Notes under the pieces: generated by a model
The model's input: only the letters and a program-made list of their open reading frames with translations
Told to the model about the DNA's origin: nothing
The model's database searches: none
Part shown: positions 9,903-19,548 of the stretch, piece after piece
How the letters are laid out: each line of letters begins with the position of its first letter
Numbering within the stretch: position 1 is the first letter of the stretch
Made by a program: the position numbers and the translations under genes
DNA from: an uncultured virus (IMG/VR IMGVR_UViG_3300042887_005170)
Lineage: Duplodnaviria > Heunggongvirae > Uroviricota > Caudoviricetes
Strand: one strand, 5' to 3'
DNA: 64,000 nt
IMG/VR virus record: IMGVR_UViG_3300042887_005170

Positions 9903-10613
9903 TTACAGAGGGGCTAGAGGGAACCAAAGACCCACTACCACATACGAAACGGATGTGAACGCGCCGACAGGATCGGCGCAAGTTATCACATTATTGTTGG
10001 CTTTGATAGCGTCTGTGTAGTCAGTGCTTTTGAGGATGATGGGGGTGACACCCGTTCCGGTCTTCGATACAGGGAAGCTCTTTCGCGCGTCGCTCCCGGA
10101 GATTGGTGAATTTATTACGGGCCCGTTGGCTAGGGCCTCGACAAACAGGGCGTAATCATCCGGCGGAGGCTCGATGGGGACAAATAAGTACAAATACACC
10201 AGGAAGCCGGTGCAGTAAACATCGCTAGCGGCTCCGGTGTAGCCTTTAGCAACCTCGCCGAAAGTATTAAGTTCTACATTAGTGGTGCCGCCCGGCTGCG
10301 TAACAAGACCTTGCACCCCTAGCTCGAATGACAGTACGGCATCACCGTCTGAGTAGTAGAAGGGGCCGCCGGCATCGAGCCCCGCTCTAACGATAGAAGG
10401 CGCGTCGCTCAAGAACAATAATCCGTTGCTTTTTCCTACATCCGCAATCCCGGTAGCCTGAATGACCCCGTCCCCGTCAAACTGACCGAGCCGCGCCCGG
10501 AACGAGCTCCAGGGATAAAGCCCGTACTCGTTGGGGAGGTTGCTCACATTCGGGTCCGGGTAACGCTTATAGGGCGTCCCGCCGAGGATTTTTTCTGTGC
10601 CTTGTGTGGCCAT
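9903..10613 (-). CDS. RYPDP-family protein (paralog 3)
   Basis: Same motifs. Confidence 0.85.
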   Translation of the reverse strand: MATQGTEKILGGTPYKRYPDPNVSNLPNEYGLYPWSSFRARLGQFDGDGVIQATGIADVGKSNGLLFLSDAPSIVRAGLDAGGPFYYSDGDAVLSFELGVQGLVTQPGGTTNVELNTFGEVAKGYTGAASDVYCTGFLVYLYLFVPIEPPPDDYALFVEALANGPVINSPISGSDARKSFPVSKTGTGVTPIILKSTDYTDAIKANNNVITCADPVGAFTSVSYVVVGLWFPLAPL

Positions 10614-10630
10614 GCCATGCCTCGTTAAGG

Positions 10631-11293
10631 TTAATAAAAGATGCCCCAGAGGCCAACAATCTGAGCCAACGAGCCATTGCTGTCTAGAATCTGATTGCCG
10701 GCTGCGCGCATCGCCTCTGTGTAGTCTTGGGAGAAGAGTAGGATTGGGAAAGGCGCGATAGAGCTGCCGTAGTTAGGATCGAGGGGCCCTACAGGTCCAT
10801 TAATCACCGGTCCGTTGGCTACTACCATAAGATCGGCAGAGGTGACTGAGCCTTCAGACCCGGAGGACTGGATGTAAAAGTCTACGGGGAAGCCCATTAC
10901 GGGTACATCAAGTCCGCTGCCCGAATAGCCGCTTAATACCTTTCCTTGAACAGGAATCGCGGCAATGCCGCCAGATACGCCGGGGGTCGAGGAGACTAAT
11001 GCTGTGGTCAGCGCATTATTGGCCTGGGTGATCATAACTGTGCGGAAGTTTGCGTCGTTGCAAATAGGGAGGACAATTACGGGTATGTCCGTCGTAAACA
11101 GTATTGATGTAATGTTATTGTCGGTAAGAGTTTCGGCGGGGGAGATAACACCGTCGCGAAAATAGGATAGCCTAGCCTTGAACGCGCTCCACGGAGAGAG
11201 GCCGTAGGCATTGGGCGTGCCGGGTGATGCCGGGTCCGGGTAACGCTTATAGGGCGTTCCGCCAAAAACTTTATCTGTGCCTTGTGTTGCCAC
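10631..11293 (-). CDS. RYPDP-family protein (paralog 4)
   Basis: Same motifs. Confidence 0.85.
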   Translation of the reverse strand: MATQGTDKVFGGTPYKRYPDPASPGTPNAYGLSPWSAFKARLSYFRDGVISPAETLTDNNITSILFTTDIPVIVLPICNDANFRTVMITQANNALTTALVSSTPGVSGGIAAIPVQGKVLSGYSGSGLDVPVMGFPVDFYIQSSGSEGSVTSADLMVVANGPVINGPVGPLDPNYGSSIAPFPILLFSQDYTEAMRAAGNQILDSNGSLAQIVGLWGIFY

Positions 11294-11294
11294 A

Positions 11295-12041
11295 CTATGC
11301 CTTAGTCATAAAGTAAACTCCGGCCGCTGCGGCTAAGAGACCCAGGACACCTCCGCCTCCGCCCTTCTTCTTTTCCTTTTCCTCGTCATCAGCCGTGTCG
11401 AGCTTAGCGAAGGCAAAGTTAATCTGTTTGCCTGCCTCAAGCTCTGCAAGCTCCTCGGGCTTAAAGTTTGCCACTGTGGCTGCGACTGGGTCGAAGAACC
11501 CGACCATCTTCGGATCGGAGAACTTTCTTGTTTTCTGATAAACGCCATCGCCCTCTCGAGCGCCTGCAGAGTTTGTGTTACCTTCGGCAGTAATGAAGAC
11601 ATCCGGATCGTTGGGGTCGAGACCCACTACGATCCCTGTGTGACCGAGCGTGTATGCTCCCTTTCTAGCCTGCTTAGCGCCGTCTGCATCTCTAGACTGA
11701 GAGAATACCCAGCCCGGCTTTACTTTGTGGCGCTCCTCAGGGGTCGCATGGTACTCGTCCATGCCTAGCTTCCTCAGCGCGCCAGCGGCTTTGTGATAAA
11801 GACCGACGGCGCCGCCGCCTGCCCACTTAGGCTTTTTCTCCATGCCGAGGCCATTAGTAGTACACCAAGAAACGAAGGCCGCGCACCAGGGGGCGCCGGG
11901 TGGGATGTGAACAACTTTCTGATATTGCTCTACGCGCGCGCCTTTGTTGGAGCCGCCGACCTCGCGGATCTTAGACCCGACCTCGGTCATGGCTGAGTTC
12001 ACGACGGCTTCTCTGCCTTTAGACGTATCGAGCTTAATCAT
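11295..12041 (-). CDS. CHAP-domain peptidoglycan hydrolase with C-terminal membrane anchor
   Basis: PWCAAFVSWC, GHTGIV, EGNTN; tail GVLGLLAAAAGVYFMTKA. Confidence 0.85.
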   Translation of the reverse strand: MIKLDTSKGREAVVNSAMTEVGSKIREVGGSNKGARVEQYQKVVHIPPGAPWCAAFVSWCTTNGLGMEKKPKWAGGGAVGLYHKAAGALRKLGMDEYHATPEERHKVKPGWVFSQSRDADGAKQARKGAYTLGHTGIVVGLDPNDPDVFITAEGNTNSAGAREGDGVYQKTRKFSDPKMVGFFDPVAATVANFKPEELAELEAGKQINFAFAKLDTADDEEKEKKKGGGGGVLGLLAAAAGVYFMTKA

Positions 12042-12050
12042 AATTGCCTC

Positions 12051-12827
12051 TTAGACAGTTGCGGGATCAAACCAGCCGACCGTCTTGCCGACGATCTCAG
12101 CATCCGACCACTTGTGCGTCTTGCGGTAGACACCATCACCCTCGCGGCTGCCAGCTGCGTTAGTGTTACCCTCGATCGTGTGCCAGCCGATGTCGTCGAC
12201 AGCCACCACGATGCCCGTGTGACCCTGACACCAGACGCCCTTGCGAGCCGCCGATGCTGCCGCAGGGTCCTGAGCGCGCGACCAGATCATGCCGGGCTTA
12301 ACCTTGCTCTTGAAGTCGGCATCGAGCGGCGTGACCTTGACGGCTTTCTTGCCGCTCATCTGAAAGAGCGAGACGGCCGAACCCGAGCACCACTTCGGCG
12401 GCTTGGCGAGCCCTAGGCTGGTCATCACGCACCAGCTCACAAAGGCAGCGCACCAGGGCGAGCCCTTGGTCATGCCGAGGCAGTGAAGGTACTTCTCAAC
12501 ATCGGGGCCTGCATTCTTACCGACCTCTCGCACGCCCTTGTTGGCCTCAGCCGCGGCGGTAGCGATGAGAGCCAGAGCAGCCTTAGCGCTATTGACGGGA
12601 GCGGCAGGTGCGGCAGGCTCTGCCGAGGCAGGCGCCTTGAGAGCAGCGAGCGTGCCGGGTCCGAGCTTGCCGTCTGCGGGGACGCCTTTGGTCGCCTGAA
12701 GCTTAGCGACAGCGTCCGCGAAAGCGGCCGTCGCTGGATCCAGCGTGTTAAGGGGGGCCGGAAGCTCTGCGACCTTCCAGGTCTTAGTGGACTGAGAAAT
12801 ATTATACGTTACTCGCGTATCACTCAT
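12051..12827 (-). CDS. Endolysin-like: PG-binding motif + CHAP domain
   Basis: LQATKGVPADGKLGPGT; PWCAAFVSWC; GHTGIV; TIEGNTN. Confidence 0.88.
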   Translation of the reverse strand: MSDTRVTYNISQSTKTWKVAELPAPLNTLDPATAAFADAVAKLQATKGVPADGKLGPGTLAALKAPASAEPAAPAAPVNSAKAALALIATAAAEANKGVREVGKNAGPDVEKYLHCLGMTKGSPWCAAFVSWCVMTSLGLAKPPKWCSGSAVSLFQMSGKKAVKVTPLDADFKSKVKPGMIWSRAQDPAAASAARKGVWCQGHTGIVVAVDDIGWHTIEGNTNAAGSREGDGVYRKTHKWSDAEIVGKTVGWFDPATV

Positions 12828-12837
12828 GAGGGGGCCT

Positions 12838-13320
12838 CTATTCTAAATTGTTTTCTTGAGCTTGAACTTGTTCCACGGGCTTTGCGTCGGTGTTTCTTCC
12901 AGAAGACCGAGAATCAAAAACGCTCGCCATGGCACTACCTAAAATTCCCGTTAAAACAAGTAGAATATCTTTACTTGTTTGGAAGAACATAGCCCCGATG
13001 CCGTCTATGTCAGCGGTCCCGGGGATATACCAGTTAATGAGTACCAGAACACCTAAGTACCCCATGAGGATGGCAATACCCATGAAAATAAGCCGAAGCA
13101 TTCCGATCTTCTGCTCTGCGCGACCGTGAGCACTCCCGCGCTCACTCCCTCGCTCACTCCCGCGCTCACTAACGTAATTACGTGTTAGCTCGGCAGTAAG
13201 CCGAGCTACCTCGGCCTCTGCCTTTTCTGCCCGCGCTAGGAGCGCTCCATCTACTACTGGCTGTGTTGCTGGTGCCTGGATCTCTTCTTCCATAACGGCC
13301 TCTTTTTTACGTCTGCCCAT
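12838..13320 (-). CDS. Two-TM membrane protein (holin candidate), SERG x3 repeat
   Basis: Two TM helices, directly upstream of the endolysin. Confidence 0.65.
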   Translation of the reverse strand: MGRRKKEAVMEEEIQAPATQPVVDGALLARAEKAEAEVARLTAELTRNYVSERGSERGSERGSAHGRAEQKIGMLRLIFMGIAILMGYLGVLVLINWYIPGTADIDGIGAMFFQTSKDILLVLTGILGSAMASVFDSRSSGRNTDAKPVEQVQAQENNLE

Positions 13321-13324
13321 TTTA

Positions 13325-13759
13325 TTACTTCTTAGAAAGAGCGCCCAGTGCGAGAGCCGCTATCACGCAGGACGGAAGCTCTCTCGCCACTGTCGTTTTA
13401 TGCTTGTTTGTTATTAAGACTCTATGCATCTGGCAGTAGCCTTCTTTAGAGGGGCGCACAGATACTATGGCAAACAGGGTGCCATTAACGCGCTTGTTCT
13501 GAAGGTACTGCCCTATCTCGTAGAGGTCCTCGATAAGTTTTAGGTCTTGAGAGTTCTTGGCGATCCACTCAGCGCCGTAGACGGCTGCTGGTGTGCTGCC
13601 GAAAAAGCCGGCGAGCACTTGTGGTGTCATAGCCATGATCTCGGTGACCTTCTTGCCTTTGGCGTCAATGGCTCGGCCGTACAGAGCATGCATATCGTTG
13701 TAGATATGGATGCTGTTTATGTCTGGGAATGCTCCCAGCAAACAAAATTGTCTGCACAT
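13325..13759 (-). CDS. Hypothetical protein
   Basis: 144-aa ORF, AAGGAG RBS. Confidence 0.7.
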   Translation of the reverse strand: MCRQFCLLGAFPDINSIHIYNDMHALYGRAIDAKGKKVTEIMAMTPQVLAGFFGSTPAAVYGAEWIAKNSQDLKLIEDLYEIGQYLQNKRVNGTLFAIVSVRPSKEGYCQMHRVLITNKHKTTVARELPSCVIAALALGALSKK

Positions 13760-13779
13760 TTTATCTCCTTACCAGTCGC

Positions 13780-13953
13780 CTACTGCTTCTTATCTTTCTC
13801 TAGATCTTCTCTTGGCGGGATTAAACTATTTTTAATTTCTTTGGTCCATAAATACGCTGTGCATCCTATGATGAGCGTGCCGCAGACACCTATAACAATT
13901 CCTGACATGACGGCCTCTACGCTTTTAGTAATCGCAGGGGAGGGTTTGTTCAT
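13780..13953 (-). CDS. Small single-TM protein (not in ORF track)
   Basis: Translated by hand: MNKPSPAITKSVEAVMSGIVIGVCGTLIIGCTAYLW...KKQ*. Confidence 0.5.
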   Translation of the reverse strand: MNKPSPAITKSVEAVMSGIVIGVCGTLIIGCTAYLWTKEIKNSLIPPREDLEKDKKQ

Positions 13954-14049
13954 ACCTATATCCGCGTGGATTTAAGAGTAGTTATCAAACTAACTGAAAG
14001 TAGTAATATAATAGATAAAGTCCACTGACTGACTGTGTGCTTTAGCAAT

Positions 14050-14082
14050 AAAAAACCCCTCGAGCCGAAAAGCCTGAGGGGT
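14050..14082 (-). terminator. Probable intrinsic terminator after the GS-rich lipoprotein gene
   Basis: ACCCCTC...GAGGGGT stem followed by a T-run on the minus strand. Confidence 0.6.
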
Positions 14083-14110
14083 TGTTAAGAGATCTGATCT
14101 CTTATCTAGA

Positions 14111-14407
14111 TTACTCGCCCGAGCCGGCGTCCACAGCGCCCGAACCCGAACCCGAATCCGCGATTACATCGAGATCGCCAGCATCGGCCTCAGTCGCGCC
14201 CGAACCCGAACCCTCAGAACCCGAGCCGCTGCCCGAGCCCTCAGAGCCCTCAGAGCCCGAGCCGCTGCCCGAACCCTCAGCGCCCGAACCCGAGCCCGAA
14301 CCCGAACCGTCGCCCGACGACTCGCTCGAGCAGCTCGAGCAGCCGACGACCACAAAGGTAGCCACAGAGAGAAGAGAAAGAAGAACTGCGAAAGAATACT
14401 TAGACAT
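14111..14407 (-). CDS. Gly/Ser-rich lipoprotein
   Basis: Signal peptide with VVGC lipobox, GSGSG/EGSG repeats, DAG motifs; AGGAG RBS. Confidence 0.8.
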   Translation of the reverse strand: MSKYSFAVLLSLLSVATFVVVGCSSCSSESSGDGSGSGSGSGAEGSGSGSGSEGSEGSGSGSGSEGSGSGATEADAGDLDVIADSGSGSGAVDAGSGE

Positions 14408-14489
14408 GACAAACTCCTAGTGCTTAGCCCAATGGGCGGATTTATGACGCTATGCGATATACACATTCGCAGTTAGCGTCAACGTATTA

Positions 14490-14909
14490 TTAGTTTCTTC
14501 TCGATGGGGTATTGCTGTAGTCGGCCGGCGGCTGCGGAATGTTGGCGACAGGGGGCGTGCCCTCTGCGCTGGCTGCTACTAGCCTAACAATGAGAGTAAG
14601 AATGGCAGCGCCAATAGACCCAAAGACAGCAGAGGAGACTTTGTTCTGCTGAGACTGCGCTGCGAGCCTAGACTCAACAAGCACCTTCCACTCCATCACA
14701 TTCTGAAAGTTGTTCTGCATTCTGTCTTCATGTGCCTCAAAGCGCTTAACGATATCGCTCTGCCTGGCAGAACTGCCCTCGGAGTGCGCCTTTATGGCCT
14801 GCTCTATTCTGCAGACGGCGACCTCAAGATCCTTAGATAGCTCCAGCTTCAAGTCCTTAATGTCGGATCTGAACTCCGCGCGGAGCTTATCTACAGGGAG
14901 ATCAGCCAT
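14490..14909 (-). CDS. Coiled-coil + TM protein
   Basis: 139-aa ORF with C-proximal TM helix. Confidence 0.7.
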   Translation of the reverse strand: MADLPVDKLRAEFRSDIKDLKLELSKDLEVAVCRIEQAIKAHSEGSSARQSDIVKRFEAHEDRMQNNFQNVMEWKVLVESRLAAQSQQNKVSSAVFGSIGAAILTLIVRLVAASAEGTPPVANIPQPPADYSNTPSRRN

Positions 14910-14917
14910 GGGGCACC

Positions 14918-16039
14918 TTAGCGTGGAAGATACAGGCCGGAGTCAGACATGCTGTACTCCGCGTCATAGGTTTTGCCATTAGCCACACGCTCGGTCTGGT
15001 TCTGGGTCTGCCGGTTCATGTAGATCTTGTAGCCGCCATACAAAGCGACGCCCACCAGAGCGGTGGAGAAAATGCCTGCGAGATTCGCTATTGTCTGGCC
15101 CTTTTTATCTCTGTCCTTGTCGGCGGCCGCTTCGCATTTCTCCATCACGAGCTTCCACCTGGAAGCCTCTTCAGATGTCTTAGCCTGCGCGTACTTAAGC
15201 GATGCCTCGTCTAAGCATTTATATCTAGATGCAATAAGCTCGTTGTTCATTTTATCGGATGCCGTCCAGCTTTCGCATACCTTACTCACGGAGTAGGCGG
15301 CTAATGCAATGAGGGACATTACGACTGCAAAAACAAGATAGCCGGCATAAGGAAGCGCGAGCAAGAGAGGTATGATGCCCATGCCTTTCTCGGGGTTTCC
15401 GCGCATATGCCGCTGGTGAGCTAACGCGTGGGTCCCGTCCATTCCGCCGCGGAGAATGGTAGTGCCCCGCATAGAGTTAAGCTCTCTCACATCAATGTTG
15501 GGCGAATTCTGCTGAATCTGGGCAAAGACTCTGCTTAAAGTCTCCGACTCATCCATCATATCCTGCGCTGTGTTTAGCGTTTTGCTTGCTGCAGGGCGCA
15601 TAGTGACCGGGTCGTAATACTCTATGTTACAGAGATATCCGCGCTTAGCTCCGTGTGCCTTTGCGACAGGTCCCATGACATCAACTGGCTTAACATTATA
15701 CTTATCACATGCCGCGGCAAGGTAGGCGTAGTATCTGGCTATCTGAGCGGCGTTCTGATTTTGATGAGTGTGAGGAATAGAGAAAAGAACGCTGTTCTTA
15801 GTCTGCGCTCTTTCTCTAGATGACGAAGCTCTATAAAGCAGGTTACTCTGAATATCGGCTCCCCTAACGTTCAGAGACTTAGCTAAAAAGAAATGGTCAG
15901 CGAGGCACCCTACGACATCCCGGCTCTCGATCTTAACAAGCTTACCATCAATGCTGGTAATGTACCCCTTGGGAGAGGTCGCATCCATGAATTCGAGCTG
16001 ATCTGACAGTATTAATTTAGGCTCGGAGCTTGCGGGCAT
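14918..16039 (-). CDS. Membrane protein (two TM regions), hypothetical
   Basis: 373-aa ORF; RGNP precedes the first TM segment. Confidence 0.75.
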   Translation of the reverse strand: MPASSEPKLILSDQLEFMDATSPKGYITSIDGKLVKIESRDVVGCLADHFFLAKSLNVRGADIQSNLLYRASSSRERAQTKNSVLFSIPHTHQNQNAAQIARYYAYLAAACDKYNVKPVDVMGPVAKAHGAKRGYLCNIEYYDPVTMRPAASKTLNTAQDMMDESETLSRVFAQIQQNSPNIDVRELNSMRGTTILRGGMDGTHALAHQRHMRGNPEKGMGIIPLLLALPYAGYLVFAVVMSLIALAAYSVSKVCESWTASDKMNNELIASRYKCLDEASLKYAQAKTSEEASRWKLVMEKCEAAADKDRDKKGQTIANLAGIFSTALVGVALYGGYKIYMNRQTQNQTERVANGKTYDAEYSMSDSGLYLPR

Positions 16040-16054
16040 AGAAGATCCTCTTTG

Positions 16055-17206
16055 TTACAGTCCCGAAGACCAGCTAGCGTAAGCTGCCTTGTACTTGGGT
16101 ATAGCGCCGATAATGAAGTTCTTATCGCAAGAGGTCAAAGCAGCGTTGGGGTTTGGGACAGTCGTAGAGAGAGCCTCCATGAACTTCTTAAGCTGCGCCA
16201 TATTAGGCTTGCTACCGCGCTCCGTCACGGCTGAGAAGAGCCTAGGAAGGAACTTACAGCCTTCCTTATCGTCAGGTCGAGCGTTCTGGTAATCGGCATA
16301 GGCCTTATTGAGAAGACAGCACCACTTCATGCACTGCTGGCGTGCCGACAGATCGCTGAAATTAGTCGACGTCACAACGTTAATCGAAGCTGCGGAGAGC
16401 TGGCTTGCCATGGCGTTGTAGAGCTGCTTAGTGGCGATACCGTAGGAGGTCATCAGAGAGCTACTGACCTCGACCACTGGCGCGGGCGGCTTATTCGCGT
16501 CCGCGGCCGCCTTGGCTGCGCCAGCGTCGGCCTTATCGGCTGCGGCCTGAGCCTTCGCTGCATCGCTCGGGGCGGGCATTCTCTTTAGGGCTGCAACAAA
16601 GGCGGTGCTATCGTAAGGAGTAATAGGCGTCTTCCAGGAAATAAGGCCCTGAGCCAGTTTGCCGGTAGCGTCTATGTTAGTGAAAGTGAATCCGGATTTC
16701 ACCGTAGGCGCGGCTGCGGCTATGTGTCCGACAAAGGTATTAGCGGGCGCGCCGGATGCATCGACGTAGGTAAACAATCTAGCAAATGAGTTAAGAGCGG
16801 CCTGAGAGTTCGGGCCCCACTTACCGTCGGGCTTGCCGCTGGCTCCAACCCTCAGCCGGACTAGGCCCGATTTAGCCATGTCGAAAGCTCTGTTCTTAGC
16901 CATTTCGCCATAGAACCAGACGAGACGGGTCTGCAGATCAAAGGTCGCCTGGCTAGAGGTGTTAGTAGAGGCGCCTACGGAGGCTCTAGGCTGTTCTCTG
17001 GGCAAGGACTCAATGGGCTGCTCTATGGGGGTCTGCGGAAGAGGCTCGATCACCTGCGTAAGCTGCCTGCCGTAGAGCTGGTCATTAGAGGGTAGCTCTG
17101 CGGCGGCTGCCATTCTGGGACGAATCAAGAAATAGTAGGCTGCTGCGCCAGCGCCTGCTAAGCCAAGCAATAGAATAAGCTTAGTCGTATCTTTATCTTC
17201 CATCAT
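16055..17206 (-). CDS. N-anchored protein with PG-binding-like motif
   Basis: N-terminal TM; LQTRLVWF...PDGKWGPNSQAAL. Confidence 0.75.
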   Translation of the reverse strand: MMEDKDTTKLILLLGLAGAGAAAYYFLIRPRMAAAAELPSNDQLYGRQLTQVIEPLPQTPIEQPIESLPREQPRASVGASTNTSSQATFDLQTRLVWFYGEMAKNRAFDMAKSGLVRLRVGASGKPDGKWGPNSQAALNSFARLFTYVDASGAPANTFVGHIAAAAPTVKSGFTFTNIDATGKLAQGLISWKTPITPYDSTAFVAALKRMPAPSDAAKAQAAADKADAGAAKAAADANKPPAPVVEVSSSLMTSYGIATKQLYNAMASQLSAASINVVTSTNFSDLSARQQCMKWCCLLNKAYADYQNARPDDKEGCKFLPRLFSAVTERGSKPNMAQLKKFMEALSTTVPNPNAALTSCDKNFIIGAIPKYKAAYASWSSGL

Positions 17207-17218
17207 ATCTCCTTAAAA

Positions 17219-17731
17219 CTAAATATCGACATTAACGCCGAGTGCCTTTCCGAAAGCTCTGAGATCATAATTAGACATTCTGCCGTCGTACTTAGAAAGA
17301 GCGACTGCTGCCTTGTCCTGATCTGCTAACTCTGAAAGACCGCCACAAGCGCCGGCCATGTATTTCATAAAAGTGTAATTGTTTAAATTAGAAGCGTCAA
17401 CGTTTTCTGCTGCTTTAACTAAAAGATCGTGAAAGCTGTGGGTGGCCGCCATCGTATTGGGGCCCCACTGTCCGTCATATCCACCGCTAGACTTCGTTCT
17501 AACTCGGGTAAGGCCAGATTTAGATTCGCCTACACCGGGTATGCCGGCGATCATGTCACAGAACCAGTTAAGCTTAGTCTGAAGCGCCTTCATTCCGTCC
17601 TGCCCTAGCGGCGGCGCGTCCATGCTAGTAATCTTCTTCTTAATTGCTGCATATGCCGGCTTACCGAAAGCAAGACCTAAGCCTGCCCCAACGGCGGCTG
17701 ATATTAATATTTTTTTAGTCCTGTCGTCCAT
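17219..17731 (-). CDS. N-anchored protein with PG-binding-like motif (paralog)
   Basis: LQTKLNWF...SGLTRVR...DGQWGPNTMAA. Confidence 0.75.
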   Translation of the reverse strand: MDDRTKKILISAAVGAGLGLAFGKPAYAAIKKKITSMDAPPLGQDGMKALQTKLNWFCDMIAGIPGVGESKSGLTRVRTKSSGGYDGQWGPNTMAATHSFHDLLVKAAENVDASNLNNYTFMKYMAGACGGLSELADQDKAAVALSKYDGRMSNYDLRAFGKALGVNVDI

Positions 17732-17751
17732 CTAAGCCTCTGGCTGTTAGT

Positions 17752-18555
17752 TTATTGGGGCCAACTGCTGGGATAAGGAGGCGGCGCATTTTTATAGACT
17801 GGGTTTTCTTTATATTTTTCATAGGCGTTTTTTATGATTTCCCAATCTCTGGGGGCAGGTGGAACTCCGGCCGTATTCTTCATATGATTGATTAGTTTAT
17901 TAGAAAAAGCGCCTGTGAGATTGGGGTCTGACTGAGAATAGAGTCTATATATCGTATAGTCCTCTGGTCTGCCTCTACCCATAATTTCTGATGTGGGGAT
18001 ATAGTTAGATCTCTCTGGTTTAATGTCGGACATGGTCCACAGCCCCTTAACAACACCGAATCCAAGTGCATTCGGGTGAGGGGCTTTATATCCTAATAGG
18101 ACATCGTCACCCACAATAAGCCTGGCACGCCAGAGAATGTTTAGCCACAGCCAAAATGCCTTAAGGGTATTGGCGTCTGCCTGGCCATTGACCACCAATT
18201 TAGGTGTATTTATGCCTTCAGCGCCTTTGTATTTTAAACTATCAAAAAACCAATTAAGGTGCGCTTGGACCAGCTTTGCGCTTTCTTTGGGCATATACCC
18301 GGCTTCCGTCTCAGGGGCAGGACTCATAAGAGTCTTGCCTGCTGGTGTGACCACAGGGTTAGCGACCCTGGTGTCCACGAGCATCGCCTGTTTGCCCGGG
18401 TTCTTAAGCCCATCTCCGAAGATATTACTTAGTGAATCGGCTGACTTATCCCCGGCGCCTGTATCAGCAGTACCATCCCCGCTCTTCTTAAATATCAAAT
18501 ACAGGGCAGCCGCGCCGCCGGCTATATAAAGTATATTTTTATATTTGCTGTCCAT
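17752..18555 (-). CDS. N-anchored protein with divergent PG-binding-like motif
   Basis: VQAHLNWF...LVVNGQADANTLKAF; RVANP motif. Confidence 0.7.
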   Translation of the reverse strand: MDSKYKNILYIAGGAAALYLIFKKSGDGTADTGAGDKSADSLSNIFGDGLKNPGKQAMLVDTRVANPVVTPAGKTLMSPAPETEAGYMPKESAKLVQAHLNWFFDSLKYKGAEGINTPKLVVNGQADANTLKAFWLWLNILWRARLIVGDDVLLGYKAPHPNALGFGVVKGLWTMSDIKPERSNYIPTSEIMGRGRPEDYTIYRLYSQSDPNLTGAFSNKLINHMKNTAGVPPAPRDWEIIKNAYEKYKENPVYKNAPPPYPSSWPQ

Positions 18556-18658
18556 GCGGGCCTAAGTGCGGTAATTTGTATATGCACTAGCGGCCTACTA
18601 AAGAATATTCAAACACACATAGATGTGTTTTTATGAGTCATAGATATGTTCCGTCTAA

Positions 18659-19501
18659 CTAAAGGCTGTCTAAATAGCCCATAATCGCGCTAGTCCAGGT
18701 TCTGTTTCCTTTAGGCGTCATATGGAGCCGGTCGCTCTGCCTAGAAAGATTAAGCTGCTGCGTGTCGAAGAAGCCACCACCCCAACTACGCATCGCTTCC
18801 CTAAAGGCTCTGTCAGGCGGCCAACGAGGAGTCACCGGTGGACAGAGCCAAACTCTAGTTCTGACTCCGGCGAGCTTCTCTGAAAGCTCAATTATAGAAT
18901 CTCTTCTTAGTCTGGCCACGCTAAAGTTAGGGCCGTAGGGAGGCTTAATAGGGTCGCCTCTGTGGTCTACCGAGCCTCTAAAAGCTTCGTCATTCGTCCC
19001 CAGGCTAAAAATTACCATAGTGGGCTTAAACTCAGCTAACGCTCTGTCGAGTGACCGGGCTTGAGTATAACTTCTGCTCCAAGCCCACTGGTTTATCATG
19101 GTCCCGCCAACAGATATACTCTTAAAAGAACTAACTCCTCTCTCAGAGAGCTCTTTTTCTATAAAAGGAGCTAGACCCACAGCTAAAGAGTCGCCAAAGA
19201 GTAAAACGCGCTCTTTGCTCCAATCCAGCCCCGAGGGGGGTTGATCAACAGGCGCCTGCTGGGGCTCAAAAATGCTCATATCAGTAGGCGCCTGTGCTAC
19301 ATCTGCATAGGCTGCAGGAGAGTAGATCTCTGTAGGGGCTTCACACTCTAGCTGACCGGCTCTATCGACCTCTTCTGCCAGCGCTAAGGGCGTAGGCAGC
19401 ACCCCAGATCCGCAGTTATCCAAAACTGGCGAGCAGAAAAAGACAATAGCCACCTCCACAACAACTAGCCACTTAAGTAGGCTATTATCTCGATTTTTCA
19501 T
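18659..19501 (-). CDS. SGNH/GDSL hydrolase
   Basis: FGDSL, SLGTND, DRLH catalytic blocks; N-terminal hydrophobic segment. Confidence 0.88.
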   Translation of the reverse strand: MKNRDNSLLKWLVVVEVAIVFFCSPVLDNCGSGVLPTPLALAEEVDRAGQLECEAPTEIYSPAAYADVAQAPTDMSIFEPQQAPVDQPPSGLDWSKERVLLFGDSLAVGLAPFIEKELSERGVSSFKSISVGGTMINQWAWSRSYTQARSLDRALAEFKPTMVIFSLGTNDEAFRGSVDHRGDPIKPPYGPNFSVARLRRDSIIELSEKLAGVRTRVWLCPPVTPRWPPDRAFREAMRSWGGGFFDTQQLNLSRQSDRLHMTPKGNRTWTSAIMGYLDSL

Positions 19502-19548
19502 CCAAAATCCCCATGGAGAAAAAGAAAGAGTATAGGTGAGACAGGGCG

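Noticed and set aside
14082..14420. Plus-strand PEPEP-repeat ORF
   Set aside because: Antisense of the GS-rich lipoprotein, which has the RBS, signal peptide and terminator
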